NCBI GenBank assembly: GCA_964644815.1 | Contig: CAZXXI010000001.1 | Coordinates: 1-37,194, forward strand | Source: an uncultured Muribaculaceae bacterium | GTDB taxonomy: Bacteria > Bacillota_I > Bacilli_A > RF39 > UBA660 | DNA: 37,194 bases | Direction of reading: 5' to 3' | Part shown: piece by piece, positions 8,186 through 17,222 of the stretch | How the letters are laid out: each line of letters starts with the position of its first letter | Position numbering within the stretch: position 1 is the stretch's first letter | Made by a program: the position numbers and the translations under genes | Notes under the pieces: model-generated | What the model was told of the DNA's origin: nothing | Databases searched by the model: none | Seen by the model: only the letters and a program-made list of their open reading frames with translations

Positions 8186-8210
8186 TTTAGTACACGGAAG
8201 GAGACAATAT

Positions 8211-9296
8211 ATGGATAAGTTAGAAGTTAATCGCACGAATAATAGTAATGTATCCTTCGACGTCTTCGCCTTAGAGAAAAAGAAAAAATACAGTCTCATA
8301 AGAGAAATAGACTATCATTTCATAAGGATAAACGACGTGCCTACCTCTTCGAGAATTAAGGGTATTAAAAAGAGCATAAACAAAACGGGCATCAAGATGA
8401 ACGAGAGTAAGATAATCAACCGCTACATGAGAACGATGGAAAATGCCGGCTTCGATCTTTCGATGCTCTATACGCAATTTAAGAATACAGCTATCGATTT
8501 TAGGACGAGTGGTCTTACCGGTACATACGATTTAGAAAACAATACACTTTTAGTAGACAGTGAAGATGTCACGAACAGTTTAATCCGCGCACTTTTCGAT
8601 ATGACGATGACGAGAAAATATCCAAATTTTGTCACAAGAGGGTTCGAATCTGTATCGGTTTGTACTTCCCCAAGTGGTAAAAATATTACTTCGCATATAG
8701 GCTTCGGTCTCTATGAAGCATATAAAGAACTCATTTTAAAAAGACTTTTCGACATTCCTGTCCGCTCGACCGAAATGTACGACCTCGTGCGTCTTATCGA
8801 AATAGCAGTGGGAGAAAAGAGAATGAAACAACTTTTCGAACAGGGTGCCATAGGAAATTTCGCAAAAAAAATGAATATAAAAACTATTTACCTCATGGAC
8901 ATTTTATATCAGAGGATTTGCAAACGTGGCAAGATTGGCATACAAAAGACGACGCGCCTATTCAGTCATGCGCTTAGAGAGTTCACCAAAGATGCAGTAG
9001 CGCAGCTAAAAAGAGATGCCGACGATGCAATAGTCTTAAAGTGGGATAGTGTAGATGGCGAATGGCAAAGGACTATATATGAAGATGACTTGGATAGAGC
9101 CAAACAAGAACTCAGAGAAGTAAGAGAAATCGTCAGCTATTACCAAAGACAGGAAGCGTTTAAAGTTAAATTAGCTAATGAAGATTCGGCTTACGTCGAA
9201 ATGTTATTGGATAATGCCCGAATTCAAGATTCGAGCTATCTAATAGGAATAGCGGGACCAGTTAAAAGGCTCCGCGGAACAAGCAGAAGAAGATGA
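8211..9296 (+). CDS. Hypothetical protein (361 aa), no family recognised
   Basis: Long ORF. ATG 8211 is preceded by GGAAGGAGA and lies downstream of the promoter. Basic C-terminal tail RLRGTSRRR. Confidence 0.6.
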   Translation: MDKLEVNRTNNSNVSFDVFALEKKKKYSLIREIDYHFIRINDVPTSSRIKGIKKSINKTGIKMNESKIINRYMRTMENAGFDLSMLYTQFKNTAIDFRTSGLTGTYDLENNTLLVDSEDVTNSLIRALFDMTMTRKYPNFVTRGFESVSVCTSPSGKNITSHIGFGLYEAYKELILKRLFDIPVRSTEMYDLVRLIEIAVGEKRMKQLFEQGAIGNFAKKMNIKTIYLMDILYQRICKRGKIGIQKTTRLFSHALREFTKDAVAQLKRDADDAIVLKWDSVDGEWQRTIYEDDLDRAKQELREVREIVSYYQRQEAFKVKLANEDSAYVEMLLDNARIQDSSYLIGIAGPVKRLRGTSRRR

Positions 9297-9336
9297 CAAA
9301 AGAGAATAGAAAGAAAGTTTATATGAGGTGGTATAG

Positions 9337-9927
9337 ATGAAAATCGAATCGGCAGAGCTTACCAATATTGCAGTTAGGACAGACCAATATCCGAAGGGTG
9401 ACGACCCGGAGTTTTTACTCGTCGGACGAAGCAATGTAGGGAAAAGCAGTTTCATAAACACTATAATAAACAAAAAGAATTATGCGCACACATCGAGCAC
9501 ACCAGGAAAAACGCAGACTCTGAATTTCTATTTTGTAAATAGCTCTTTTTACCTCGTAGACGTTCCCGGCTATGGCTATGCTAAAGTCGACAAGCCTACC
9601 CAAAAGAAATTCGGACTCATGATAGAGGACTACTTAAAGACTCGTTACACTCTAAAAAGAGTTTTCTTGCTCATCGACTTTAGAATTAGGCCTACGGAAG
9701 ACGACGTCTTGATGTATAACTACTTAAAATATTATAAGATTCCCGTTACCGTCGTCGCTACCAAGTTCGACAAAGTTAAAATGAAGGCTCGTGACAAACA
9801 GATGAAAATCGTCGAAGAGACCATCAAACTCGAAGATGGCGACGACATAGTCTATTTCTCCAGCGTCAACAAAAAGGGTAAGCAGGAAATATACAATATA
9901 ATAGAGAGCTACTTAGATGAAATCTAA
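9337..9927 (+). CDS. engB: Ribosome-biogenesis GTPase EngB/YsxC
   Basis: G1 GRSNVGKSSFIN, G3 DVPGYG, G4 TKFDK; about 195 aa. Confidence 0.9.
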   Translation: MKIESAELTNIAVRTDQYPKGDDPEFLLVGRSNVGKSSFINTIINKKNYAHTSSTPGKTQTLNFYFVNSSFYLVDVPGYGYAKVDKPTQKKFGLMIEDYLKTRYTLKRVFLLIDFRIRPTEDDVLMYNYLKYYKIPVTVVATKFDKVKMKARDKQMKIVEETIKLEDGDDIVYFSSVNKKGKQEIYNIIESYLDEI

Positions 9928-9946
9928 GTTTTTCTTTTGGTAAAAA

Positions 9947-10015
9947 TTCGCCAAACTCGGAAGTAAACCTGCGCCAAATTCGGAAGTAAAATTGCGCCAA
10001 ATTCGGAAGTAAAAT
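9947..10015. repeat. Three tandem 23-bp direct repeats (TGCGCCAAATTCGGAAGTAAAAT)
   Basis: 9970-9992 and 9993-10015 are identical. 9947-9969 matches at 19/23. The array ends 1 nt before the -35 of the next promoter. Confidence 0.85.
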
Positions 10016-10016
10016 G

Positions 10017-10045
10017 TTGCTAAACATAGAAGTATACGTTATAAT
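10017..10045 (+). promoter_or_regulatory. Sigma-A-type promoter TTGCTA-17-TATAAT
   Basis: -35 at 10017-10022, -10 at 10040-10045, 23 nt upstream of the ATPase ATG. Confidence 0.5.
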
Positions 10046-10068
10046 ATTGATAGAAAAGAGGAACTTTT

Positions 10069-11358
10069 ATGGATAAATATATGCCTAGATTGGTAGATGA
10101 TTATATATCTAAACGCATGGAACTGTTTGGAGCAATACTCATCGAAGGTTGCAAATGGTGTGGCAAATCGACGACGGGAAGACAGTTTTCTAAGAGCATT
10201 TTAGAATTTCAAAATCCCGATATGTATAAGAATAATAAACAAATTGCGAATACCCAACCGTCACTATTTTTAGAAAGGGAAAAGCCTTTACTCATAGATG
10301 AATGGCAAGTGTTTCCAATAGTTTGGGACTCGATAAGATACGATGTAGACAAAACGAGACTCAAAGGGCAGTACATTTTGACGGGTTCAGCTACTCCTAG
10401 AGAAAACTATTCTAACGAAGGCGAAGATAATATACCGAAACACACAGGAACAGGAAGAATCGCTCGCGTTTTAATGAGGCCTATGTCGCTTTATGAATCG
10501 GAGGAATCGACTGGTGAAGTGTCTTTAAAAAGTCTTTTCGACGGTAATGCAGATATAAAGGGAATTTCTAAACAAAATTTGAAAGATATCGCTTTTCTAA
10601 TCGCCCGCGGCGGCTGGCCAGAAGCAGTAGATGTCCATGCCGAAAAAGCCTTGATATATGCTAATGAATATATCGAAATGATTATAAATAAAGATATCCA
10701 CGAAATAGACGGCACTAAAAGGAGTCCGGCTAAAGTAAGGGGTGTATTGAAAAGTCTTGCTAGAAATGTTTCTTCGACGGCGAGCTTATCGACGATTAAA
10801 GCTGATGTCGATATCGCAGAAGATATCGTTTCTGAAAAGACGATTGCCAATTACATCGATGCTTTAGAAAAGATGTTTGTCTTGGAGAAGGTCGATTGCT
10901 GGCAGCCAAAACTTAGAAGCAAAACAGTTATAAGGTCTAGTGAGAAAAGAGAGTTTACTGACCCATCTCTCGCCATGGCGGCTCTCAAAGCCACTGATAA
11001 AGATTTATTACAAGACTTTAATACGTTTGGTTTGATGTTCGAAGCTATGTGTATAAGAGATTTGAGAATATACTCCCAAAATTTAGAGGGTGAAGTATTT
11101 TACTATCGTGATAAAAATGGCCTCGAATGCGACGCAGTAGTTCATTTACACAATGGAAGATGGGCTGCCATCGAAGTAAAACTAGGTGGAAATGAAGTAT
11201 TGGACGAAGCTGCCAAAAATTTATTAAAATTCAAAGAAGTAATTGATGTCAATAAGATGAACGAACCTTCTTTCTTGATGATACTGACCGCAACGGAATA
11301 CGCCTATCGAAGAGAAGATGGCGTAATAGTATGTCCTTTAGGATGCCTTAAAAATTGA
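10069..11358 (+). CDS. AAA-family ATPase with DUF4143-type C-terminal domain (AAA_14/DUF4143 ATP-binding protein)
   Basis: Walker A GCKWCGKST, Walker B LLIDEWQ, about 430 aa. The overall layout is typical of the widespread DUF4143 ATPases. Confidence 0.7.
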   Translation: MDKYMPRLVDDYISKRMELFGAILIEGCKWCGKSTTGRQFSKSILEFQNPDMYKNNKQIANTQPSLFLEREKPLLIDEWQVFPIVWDSIRYDVDKTRLKGQYILTGSATPRENYSNEGEDNIPKHTGTGRIARVLMRPMSLYESEESTGEVSLKSLFDGNADIKGISKQNLKDIAFLIARGGWPEAVDVHAEKALIYANEYIEMIINKDIHEIDGTKRSPAKVRGVLKSLARNVSSTASLSTIKADVDIAEDIVSEKTIANYIDALEKMFVLEKVDCWQPKLRSKTVIRSSEKREFTDPSLAMAALKATDKDLLQDFNTFGLMFEAMCIRDLRIYSQNLEGEVFYYRDKNGLECDAVVHLHNGRWAAIEVKLGGNEVLDEAAKNLLKFKEVIDVNKMNEPSFLMILTATEYAYRREDGVIVCPLGCLKN

Positions 11359-11379
11359 GTTTGAAAGGAGAGAATAGAT

Positions 11380-12690
11380 ATGTACACAGTTTCTTTAATA
11401 GGTCGCCCAAATACGGGTAAAAGTTCTCTATTCAATCGCCTCATCGGAGAAAAAAAATCCATAATTTTAGATAACCCCGGAATTACGCGCGACCGCGTAT
11501 ATGGCCGAGTAACATATAAGAATAAAACTTTTCACTTAATCGATACGGGTGGTATAGACCTTTCGAATGAAGCCTTCAACGACCGCATCAAAATACAGGC
11601 GGAAATGGCTATCGAAGAATCTGACGTCTGCGTCTTCGTAGTCGATGGCCTTACCGATATAACCGAAAACGACCGCACGATTGCTGCCATTTTAAAGAGA
11701 TACGACAAAAAAGTTATCGTCGCCGTCAACAAGATAGACAACGCCCAAAGAGAAGAGAACATCTACAGTTTTTACGAACTCGGTTTCGAGAAGGTTTTAC
11801 CAGTAAGTGCCGAACACAAATTGGGAATAACGGAGCTTCTCGACGAGATAACAGATGGCTGGAACGACAATCCGACTCTTCCCGACGACGGCATCTTGCG
11901 GTTCTCCTTTATAGGAAGACCGAACACTGGCAAATCTAGTCTTACCAATGCTCTTTTAAACGAAGAGAGGGTCATCGTCTCCGATGTCGCAGGTACCACT
12001 AGGGACGCCGTCGATACTAAATTTAACTACGAAGGCAAACCTTATATCGCAGTAGACACAGCAGGTCTGCGCAAGAAGGGTAAGATATTCGAAGCCGTCG
12101 AGAAATATAGTCTGATTAGAACTCTAAGAGCTATCGAAGAATCGGACGTCTGCGTCCTCGTCATCAATGCCGAAGAAGGCATAATCGAACACGACAAACA
12201 CATAGCTTCATATGCGATAGATGCCGGCAAATGCCTCGTCATCGCTGTCAACAAGTGGGACAAGATAGAAAATCAAAACTCTGCGATTAAAGATTGGACA
12301 GCTCGTATCCGAAACGAATTCCAATTCGCTACTTATGCCAAAATAGTCTTCTTGAGCGCACTAACGAAAAAGAGAATCCATACTTTAATGCCAGCGATAA
12401 TCGAATCATATGAAAATGCGACGCGCGAATTCAAGACCAGCGTCTTAAACGACGTCGTTCAAGATGCAGCACTATTGCACCCAGCACCTAGCTATAAAGG
12501 AAGACGCTTAAAGATATATTTCGTCAACCAATCCGGTTCTAAACCGCCTAAGTTCACTTTTAATGTAAACAACAAGGGCTTAGTACACTTCTCATACCAG
12601 AGATACTTAGAGAATACTCTGCGGAGCAATTTTGAACTAGAGGGAACTCCGATTATCATCCAATTTAAAAACAAAAACGGCGATGAATAA
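11380..12690 (+). CDS. der: Ribosome-biogenesis GTPase Der/EngA
   Basis: Two tandem G domains (GRPNTGKSSLFN, GRPNTGKSSLTN; NKID, NKWD) plus a KH-like C-terminus. Confidence 0.93.
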   Translation: MYTVSLIGRPNTGKSSLFNRLIGEKKSIILDNPGITRDRVYGRVTYKNKTFHLIDTGGIDLSNEAFNDRIKIQAEMAIEESDVCVFVVDGLTDITENDRTIAAILKRYDKKVIVAVNKIDNAQREENIYSFYELGFEKVLPVSAEHKLGITELLDEITDGWNDNPTLPDDGILRFSFIGRPNTGKSSLTNALLNEERVIVSDVAGTTRDAVDTKFNYEGKPYIAVDTAGLRKKGKIFEAVEKYSLIRTLRAIEESDVCVLVINAEEGIIEHDKHIASYAIDAGKCLVIAVNKWDKIENQNSAIKDWTARIRNEFQFATYAKIVFLSALTKKRIHTLMPAIIESYENATREFKTSVLNDVVQDAALLHPAPSYKGRRLKIYFVNQSGSKPPKFTFNVNNKGLVHFSYQRYLENTLRSNFELEGTPIIIQFKNKNGDE

Positions 12691-12712
12691 TCGCTGTTGC
12701 TGTAAATAAGAA

Positions 12713-12741
12713 GTCACATATCTTGTATGTGCGCTTTTTTC
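12713..12741 (+). terminator. Weak rho-independent terminator after der
   Basis: CACATA/TATGTG 6-bp stem, then CGC and T6. Confidence 0.35.
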
Positions 12742-12779
12742 TTGTTATAATTTTGTTAGAATAGAAGGGAAAGTGTCTC

Positions 12780-13463
12780 ATGTATTTAGTATTAGTTCGC
12801 CATGGCGAATCCGTATGGAACTTGGAAAACAAATTTACCGGTTGGACAGATGTCGACTTGAGTGAAAAGGGTATCGAAGAGGCTAAAAGGGCAGGTAAGC
12901 TCTTAAAAAATACCGGCATCGACTTCGATATAGCTTTTACTTCTGTCTTGATTCGTGCCCAAAACACTCTTAAATGCATCAAAAAAGAATTGAGAAAGGA
13001 CATCGCGACTGAAGAATCGTATAAGTTAAACGAACGCCACTACGGCAAGCTCCAAGGCTGGAACAAACAAGAAACGCGCGATATATATGGCGACGAACAA
13101 GTCTTAAAGTGGAGAAGGAGCTACGACATCAAACCACCTGAACTTTCTATCGATGACCCGCGTTTCCCTGGTAACGACCCCAAGTACAGCGACGTTTTAA
13201 AATATCTGCTTCCACTTTCTGAAAGTCTCAAAGATACTTACAAACGCGTAATAGAATATTATAAAGAGAACATTAGAGAACACCTTTTAAAAGGAGAAAA
13301 CGTCCTCGTCGTCGCTCACGGCAATTCCCTTCGCGCATTCATAAAATACTTAGAAAAAATAAGCGACGAAGAAATACCCAATCTAGAACTAAAAACTGGC
13401 GTTCCTATCATCTATGAACTCGACGAAAATCTAAATATTAAAAGTAAAAAAATCTTAGATTAA
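12780..13463 (+). CDS. gpmA: 2,3-bisphosphoglycerate-dependent phosphoglycerate mutase
   Basis: LVRHGESVWNLENKFTGWTDVDLSEKG catalytic His motif; second His in AHGNSLRA. Confidence 0.93.
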   Translation: MYLVLVRHGESVWNLENKFTGWTDVDLSEKGIEEAKRAGKLLKNTGIDFDIAFTSVLIRAQNTLKCIKKELRKDIATEESYKLNERHYGKLQGWNKQETRDIYGDEQVLKWRRSYDIKPPELSIDDPRFPGNDPKYSDVLKYLLPLSESLKDTYKRVIEYYKENIREHLLKGENVLVVAHGNSLRAFIKYLEKISDEEIPNLELKTGVPIIYELDENLNIKSKKILD

Positions 13464-13498
13464 AATTTGACTTCCTTCCCCGGTCAAATTTTTATTTT
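13463..13498 (+). terminator. Rho-independent terminator after gpmA
   Basis: 9-bp stem AAATTTGAC/GTCAAATTT followed by a T-rich tail. Confidence 0.7.
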
Positions 13499-13568
13499 GA
13501 ATAAGTGCAAAATGTCTTGGTAATAACACACGAGCCGTGATATACTATAAAGGTAGGTGACAAAACAT

Positions 13569-14702
13569 ATGATATATTTAGATTATTCGGCAACGACGCC
13601 TGTAAGTAAAGAAGTATTGGATAGTTATATAAAAGCGACGAAGGAATACATAGGTAACCCTAATTCTCTTCATTCATTGGGACAAAAATCTCACGAATTA
13701 TTAGAAAGTGCGACTAAACAGATAGGGGAGATTTTAGATATCTCTACCGATGATATAATATATACGAGCGGTTCGACCGAGGCTAACAACTTAGCTTTAG
13801 TCGGATACTGCCTTAAAAACTCAAAAAAGGGTAAGAATATCATCGTCTCCAAGTTAGAACATCCTTCGATATATGGCATCTGTGACTACTTAAAAAGAGT
13901 AGGTTTTACCATAACTTATGTCGAAAACACGGAAGAGGGGCTAATCGACTTCGAAGATTTGAAGAAAAAAGTAAAAGATGATACTATCCTCGTGAGCATC
14001 GTCACGGTCAATTCCGAACTGGGCATCAGGCAACCCCTAAAGACGATACGTCAAATAATCAAAAAACAAAACGAGAATACCGTCTTGCATTCCGACATGA
14101 CTCAAGCTGTCGGTAAAGTTCCCGTAAACATGCACGACGTCGACATGGCTTCCATATCCGGCCACAAGATATACGGTCCTAAGGGTATAGGCATGCTCTA
14201 CAAAAGTCCAAAGATAAACTTAGAACCTGTCATTCACGGTTCGGGCGACTCTCTTCGCGCAGGAACTCCGTCACTTCCTCTCATCGTCGCTTTCTCGAAG
14301 GCTCTTCGCCTCGCGGTAACGAACGTCACTAAAAACGAATCCGTCGTCAAGCTTCTAAACGATAAGCTGACTTCGACCATCATGAAAAACCCAAAGATAA
14401 AAATAAACAAGACGCCATATTCCATACCCCATATCTTCAACATCAGCCTGATGACGATAAAACCGGAGACTTTCATCCACGCCTTAGAGAAACGCGACAT
14501 CTACATCGGTACCAATACGGCCTGTTCGAAAGGCGGTCCATCGGAAGCCGTCATGGCTCTATATAAAGATGAAGCGCGCGCGAATACATCGCTTAGAATC
14601 TCTTTGTCGCACAAAACTAGCTTCGACGAGTTGAATAAATTTCTCTATTCTTTCGATATAGTGTATAATAAGCTCTTAGAACTGAGTGATGTACATGAAT
14701 AA
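13569..14702 (+). CDS. Cysteine desulfurase (NifS/NifZ-type, ThiI partner)
   Basis: MIYLDYSATTP N-terminus, PLP-Lys motif SGHKIYGPKGIG, active-site region TNTACS. Directly upstream of and overlapping thiI. ATG 13569 is preferred over GTG 13557 because of the SD AGGTAGGTGA. Confidence 0.88.
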   Translation: MIYLDYSATTPVSKEVLDSYIKATKEYIGNPNSLHSLGQKSHELLESATKQIGEILDISTDDIIYTSGSTEANNLALVGYCLKNSKKGKNIIVSKLEHPSIYGICDYLKRVGFTITYVENTEEGLIDFEDLKKKVKDDTILVSIVTVNSELGIRQPLKTIRQIIKKQNENTVLHSDMTQAVGKVPVNMHDVDMASISGHKIYGPKGIGMLYKSPKINLEPVIHGSGDSLRAGTPSLPLIVAFSKALRLAVTNVTKNESVVKLLNDKLTSTIMKNPKIKINKTPYSIPHIFNISLMTIKPETFIHALEKRDIYIGTNTACSKGGPSEAVMALYKDEARANTSLRISLSHKTSFDELNKFLYSFDIVYNKLLELSDVHE

Positions 14703-15876
14703 ACTTATAATAATTAAATATGGCGAACTGACGACCAAGAAGGGCAACATCAAATTTTTCATCAAAACTTTGAAGAAGAATATCGAAGTAGCTCTAGATG
14801 GGCTCGACTATAAAATCGAATACGACAACGGTCGCATGTTCATCTTTTCAAAAGACTTAGAGAGTATTCAAAAGAAACTCTCCTATGTCTTCGGCATTCA
14901 CGAGATAATCATCGGCTACGAGTATGAGAGCATCGCTATAGAAGACCTAAAAGATAACTTGCGCACATTGATAGACGATATCGATATCGATACTTTTAAA
15001 GTTCGCACCAAGAGAAGCTTTAAGGGCTATCCTCTCACGTCGATGGAAGTGAGTAGAATATTAGGAGGAGTCGTTTTACAGCATAAGAAGAACTCCAAAG
15101 TAGACGTCCACGAACCGAAACTGATGATAGACATCGAAATCCGTTTCAATAAGTCCTACATCTATTTAGATGGTACTCCTGGACTTCACGGCTATCCCGT
15201 CGGCGTCCAAGGCAAGGGCTTACTTATGCTCTCGGGTGGCATCGACTCTCCTGTCGCAGGATATCTTGCGATGAAAAGAGGAGTGCGAATAGAGGGCATT
15301 TATTTCGAAAGTCCTCCCCATACGAGCGACGCCGCTAAAGAAAAAGTAAAAGAGCTCACCAAAATTTTGTCTTCTTACTCGGGATACATCAAACTGCACG
15401 TCATAAATTTTACCGAAATACAGGAGACCATATATAAAAATATTCCTCACGAATATTTGATTACTATCATGCGCCGCATGATGTATCGCATCGCTGAACG
15501 CATAGCACACAAGAACAACGCTAAAATACTCGTAAATGGAGAATCCATCGGTCAAGTCGCGAGTCAGACTCTAGCGAGCATGAGTGTCATCAACGAAGTA
15601 GTCAGCCTGCCCGTCATAAGGCCGGTCGCCTGTCTCGATAAACTGGAGATTATAGATATCTCTAAAAAGATAGGGACTTATGAGACGAGCATCTTGCCAT
15701 ACGAAGACTGCTGTACGATTTTTGTGCCCGAACATCCAGTCATCAACCCGGAACGCGATAAGTGCGTAGATTACGAGGGCCTAATCGACTACGAGACGCT
15801 CATCAAAGAGGCCATCAAAAATGAAGAAGTGTTGACGATTAGAAAAAACGACAAAAAGTTTGAAGATATACTTTAA
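14695..15876 (+). CDS. thiI: tRNA 4-thiouridine synthase ThiI
   Basis: THUMP-type N-terminus (IIIKYGELTTKKGN). PP-loop SGGIDSPVA. The start could also be 14686 or 14689. Confidence 0.9.
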   Translation: MNKLIIIKYGELTTKKGNIKFFIKTLKKNIEVALDGLDYKIEYDNGRMFIFSKDLESIQKKLSYVFGIHEIIIGYEYESIAIEDLKDNLRTLIDDIDIDTFKVRTKRSFKGYPLTSMEVSRILGGVVLQHKKNSKVDVHEPKLMIDIEIRFNKSYIYLDGTPGLHGYPVGVQGKGLLMLSGGIDSPVAGYLAMKRGVRIEGIYFESPPHTSDAAKEKVKELTKILSSYSGYIKLHVINFTEIQETIYKNIPHEYLITIMRRMMYRIAERIAHKNNAKILVNGESIGQVASQTLASMSVINEVVSLPVIRPVACLDKLEIIDISKKIGTYETSILPYEDCCTIFVPEHPVINPERDKCVDYEGLIDYETLIKEAIKNEEVLTIRKNDKKFEDIL

Positions 15877-15898
15877 TCGACGCATTTCGACAAAATAT

Positions 15899-15925
15899 GC
15901 ATACTTTCTATGGTATGCTTTTTTT
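15899..15925 (+). terminator. Rho-independent terminator after thiI
   Basis: GCATAC/GTATGC stem, 8-nt loop, T7 tail. It lies inside the ORF-track 5' extension of the next ORF. Confidence 0.6.
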
Positions 15926-15934
15926 GGTGATGAA

Positions 15935-16339
15935 ATGAGAACCTTTTATATCTTTAAGATAACCCCCGAATTCAAAACGATTACGAAAAATCAGCCGTAC
16001 AATCTTTTTCTCGCACTCGAAAACATCCACACCATGGACAAGAAAGACATCAATCTAGCCGTCAAGATGTACGAAGAGGTGTGTGGTCCCTTCGACATCC
16101 GATCAATCAACCTGTCCCTTTTTAACATCCTACAGGATAACGACTTCTATACCAAGTTTAACAACAACCACTTGATAAATAATTACTACACCGACGAGTC
16201 TTCGAAACTGACCATCTATAAGACTTACCTCCGGCTCAAGTCTTCTCTCAACAATCCTACCTTTTTTGGAGCTCTGAAGGTGTTTCCCGACCTCTTCGTC
16301 ATCGACTTCGAAGAAAAAGATTATTTTTGGTTGTCATAG
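15935..16339 (+). CDS. SirA (YneE)-like protein, putative DnaA-inhibitor family
   Basis: MRTFYIFKITPEF.. and the C-terminal LFVIDFEEKDYFWL resemble B. subtilis SirA (..YTYLIKEEF.., ..FLAMDFNSKRYGWL, from memory). It sits directly upstream of yneF, as in Bacillus. Confidence 0.5.
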   Translation: MRTFYIFKITPEFKTITKNQPYNLFLALENIHTMDKKDINLAVKMYEEVCGPFDIRSINLSLFNILQDNDFYTKFNNNHLINNYYTDESSKLTIYKTYLRLKSSLNNPTFFGALKVFPDLFVIDFEEKDYFWLS

Positions 16340-16359
16340 AAGAGCTAGTTTAGTATAAT
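16331..16359 (+). promoter_or_regulatory. Sigma-A-type promoter TTGTCA-17-TATAAT
   Basis: -35 at 16331-16336, -10 at 16354-16359, upstream of yneF. Confidence 0.5.
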
Positions 16360-16385
16360 ATGTCTTAGAAAGAGAGTTGAAATAG

Positions 16386-16604
16386 ATGAGTTTAGCACAC
16401 GATATATTGATGATAGTAATAGGCTTGCTAGTAGGCCTCGTCGCCGGTTTTTTAATCGCTCGCACGATGATGAAAAAGTACATGGCCAAAAATCCACCTA
16501 TCAACGAAAAAATGATAGAGACGCTGATGAGCGGTATGGGACGCAAACCTAGTCAGAAACAAGTCAATCAGATGATGAGAGAACTGAACAGATTGAACAA
16601 ATAG
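16386..16604 (+). CDS. yneF: UPF0154 small membrane protein YneF
   Basis: One TM helix followed by KKYMAKNPPINEKMIETLMSGMGRKPSQKQVNQMM, which closely matches the YneF family (..NPPINE.M...MM.QMG.KPSQKK.NQMM). Confidence 0.85.
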   Translation: MSLAHDILMIVIGLLVGLVAGFLIARTMMKKYMAKNPPINEKMIETLMSGMGRKPSQKQVNQMMRELNRLNK

Positions 16605-16621
16605 AAGGGTCATAATAAAAG

Positions 16622-17200
16622 ATGAACATAGGAATAGACATCGATGGAGTCATGACCGACGTTTTAAAGTTTATAAAAGAGAAGGGTAAGATATTCTTGA
16701 ATAGAGAAATAGTCGACGAAAACGGACTGGATATCAGCGACATCTTTGCCGTCGACAAATCTCTCGAAGAAGATTTTTGGAATGAATACTTCTTAGAATA
16801 CTTGAAAACTGCTCCGGCCTTAGAAGGCGTAGGAAAAATTACCAGACGCTTAAAAGAAGAGGGCAACAACATATATGTCGTCACTGCTCGCTATTTCCAC
16901 CCCGAATATGACATGAAAGACGAAGAGGAGTTGCACGACATAACTAAAAACTTTTTAAAGAAAAATGGCATCTATTACGACGAACTGATTTTTGCTAAAC
17001 CTCCCAAGATAAAAGAGGTAGAAAACTTAAAAATAGACGCCTTTATCGAAGACACGCCTAGTAACATCCATAAATTGGCCAAAGTTACCGAAGTACTCAT
17101 CATGGATGCACCATATAACCGAGTATGTAGCGTTCCTCACACTAAAAGAGTCCACGACTGGAACGAAATATATGCTGCTATCGAAGAGATGTCCAAATAA
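16622..17200 (+). CDS. HAD-superfamily nucleotidase (NT5C-like 5'(3')-deoxyribonucleotidase)
   Basis: HAD motif I at the N-terminus, GIDIDGVMTD. About 190 aa. FIEDTP motif near the C-terminus. Confidence 0.5.
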   Translation: MNIGIDIDGVMTDVLKFIKEKGKIFLNREIVDENGLDISDIFAVDKSLEEDFWNEYFLEYLKTAPALEGVGKITRRLKEEGNNIYVVTARYFHPEYDMKDEEELHDITKNFLKKNGIYYDELIFAKPPKIKEVENLKIDAFIEDTPSNIHKLAKVTEVLIMDAPYNRVCSVPHTKRVHDWNEIYAAIEEMSK

Positions 17201-17222
17201 AAAAGAACCCGAAAGTTCTTTA
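17201..17222. terminator. Hairpin between convergent genes (better terminator for minus-strand add)
   Basis: AAAGAAC/GTTCTTT 7-bp stem. A T-run follows on the minus strand. Confidence 0.5.

Noticed and set aside
8157-8210. ORF-track 5' extensions at 8157, 13557, 15860, 25056, 34167 and 36005
   Set aside because: The TTG at 8157 is the -35 box of a promoter. The 15860 and 34167 extensions run through terminator hairpins. In every case an internal ATG with a proper SD gives the family-typical N-terminus.
9947-10015. CRISPR array
   Set aside because: The 23-bp units are directly contiguous with no spacers, there are only three copies, and no cas genes are present.
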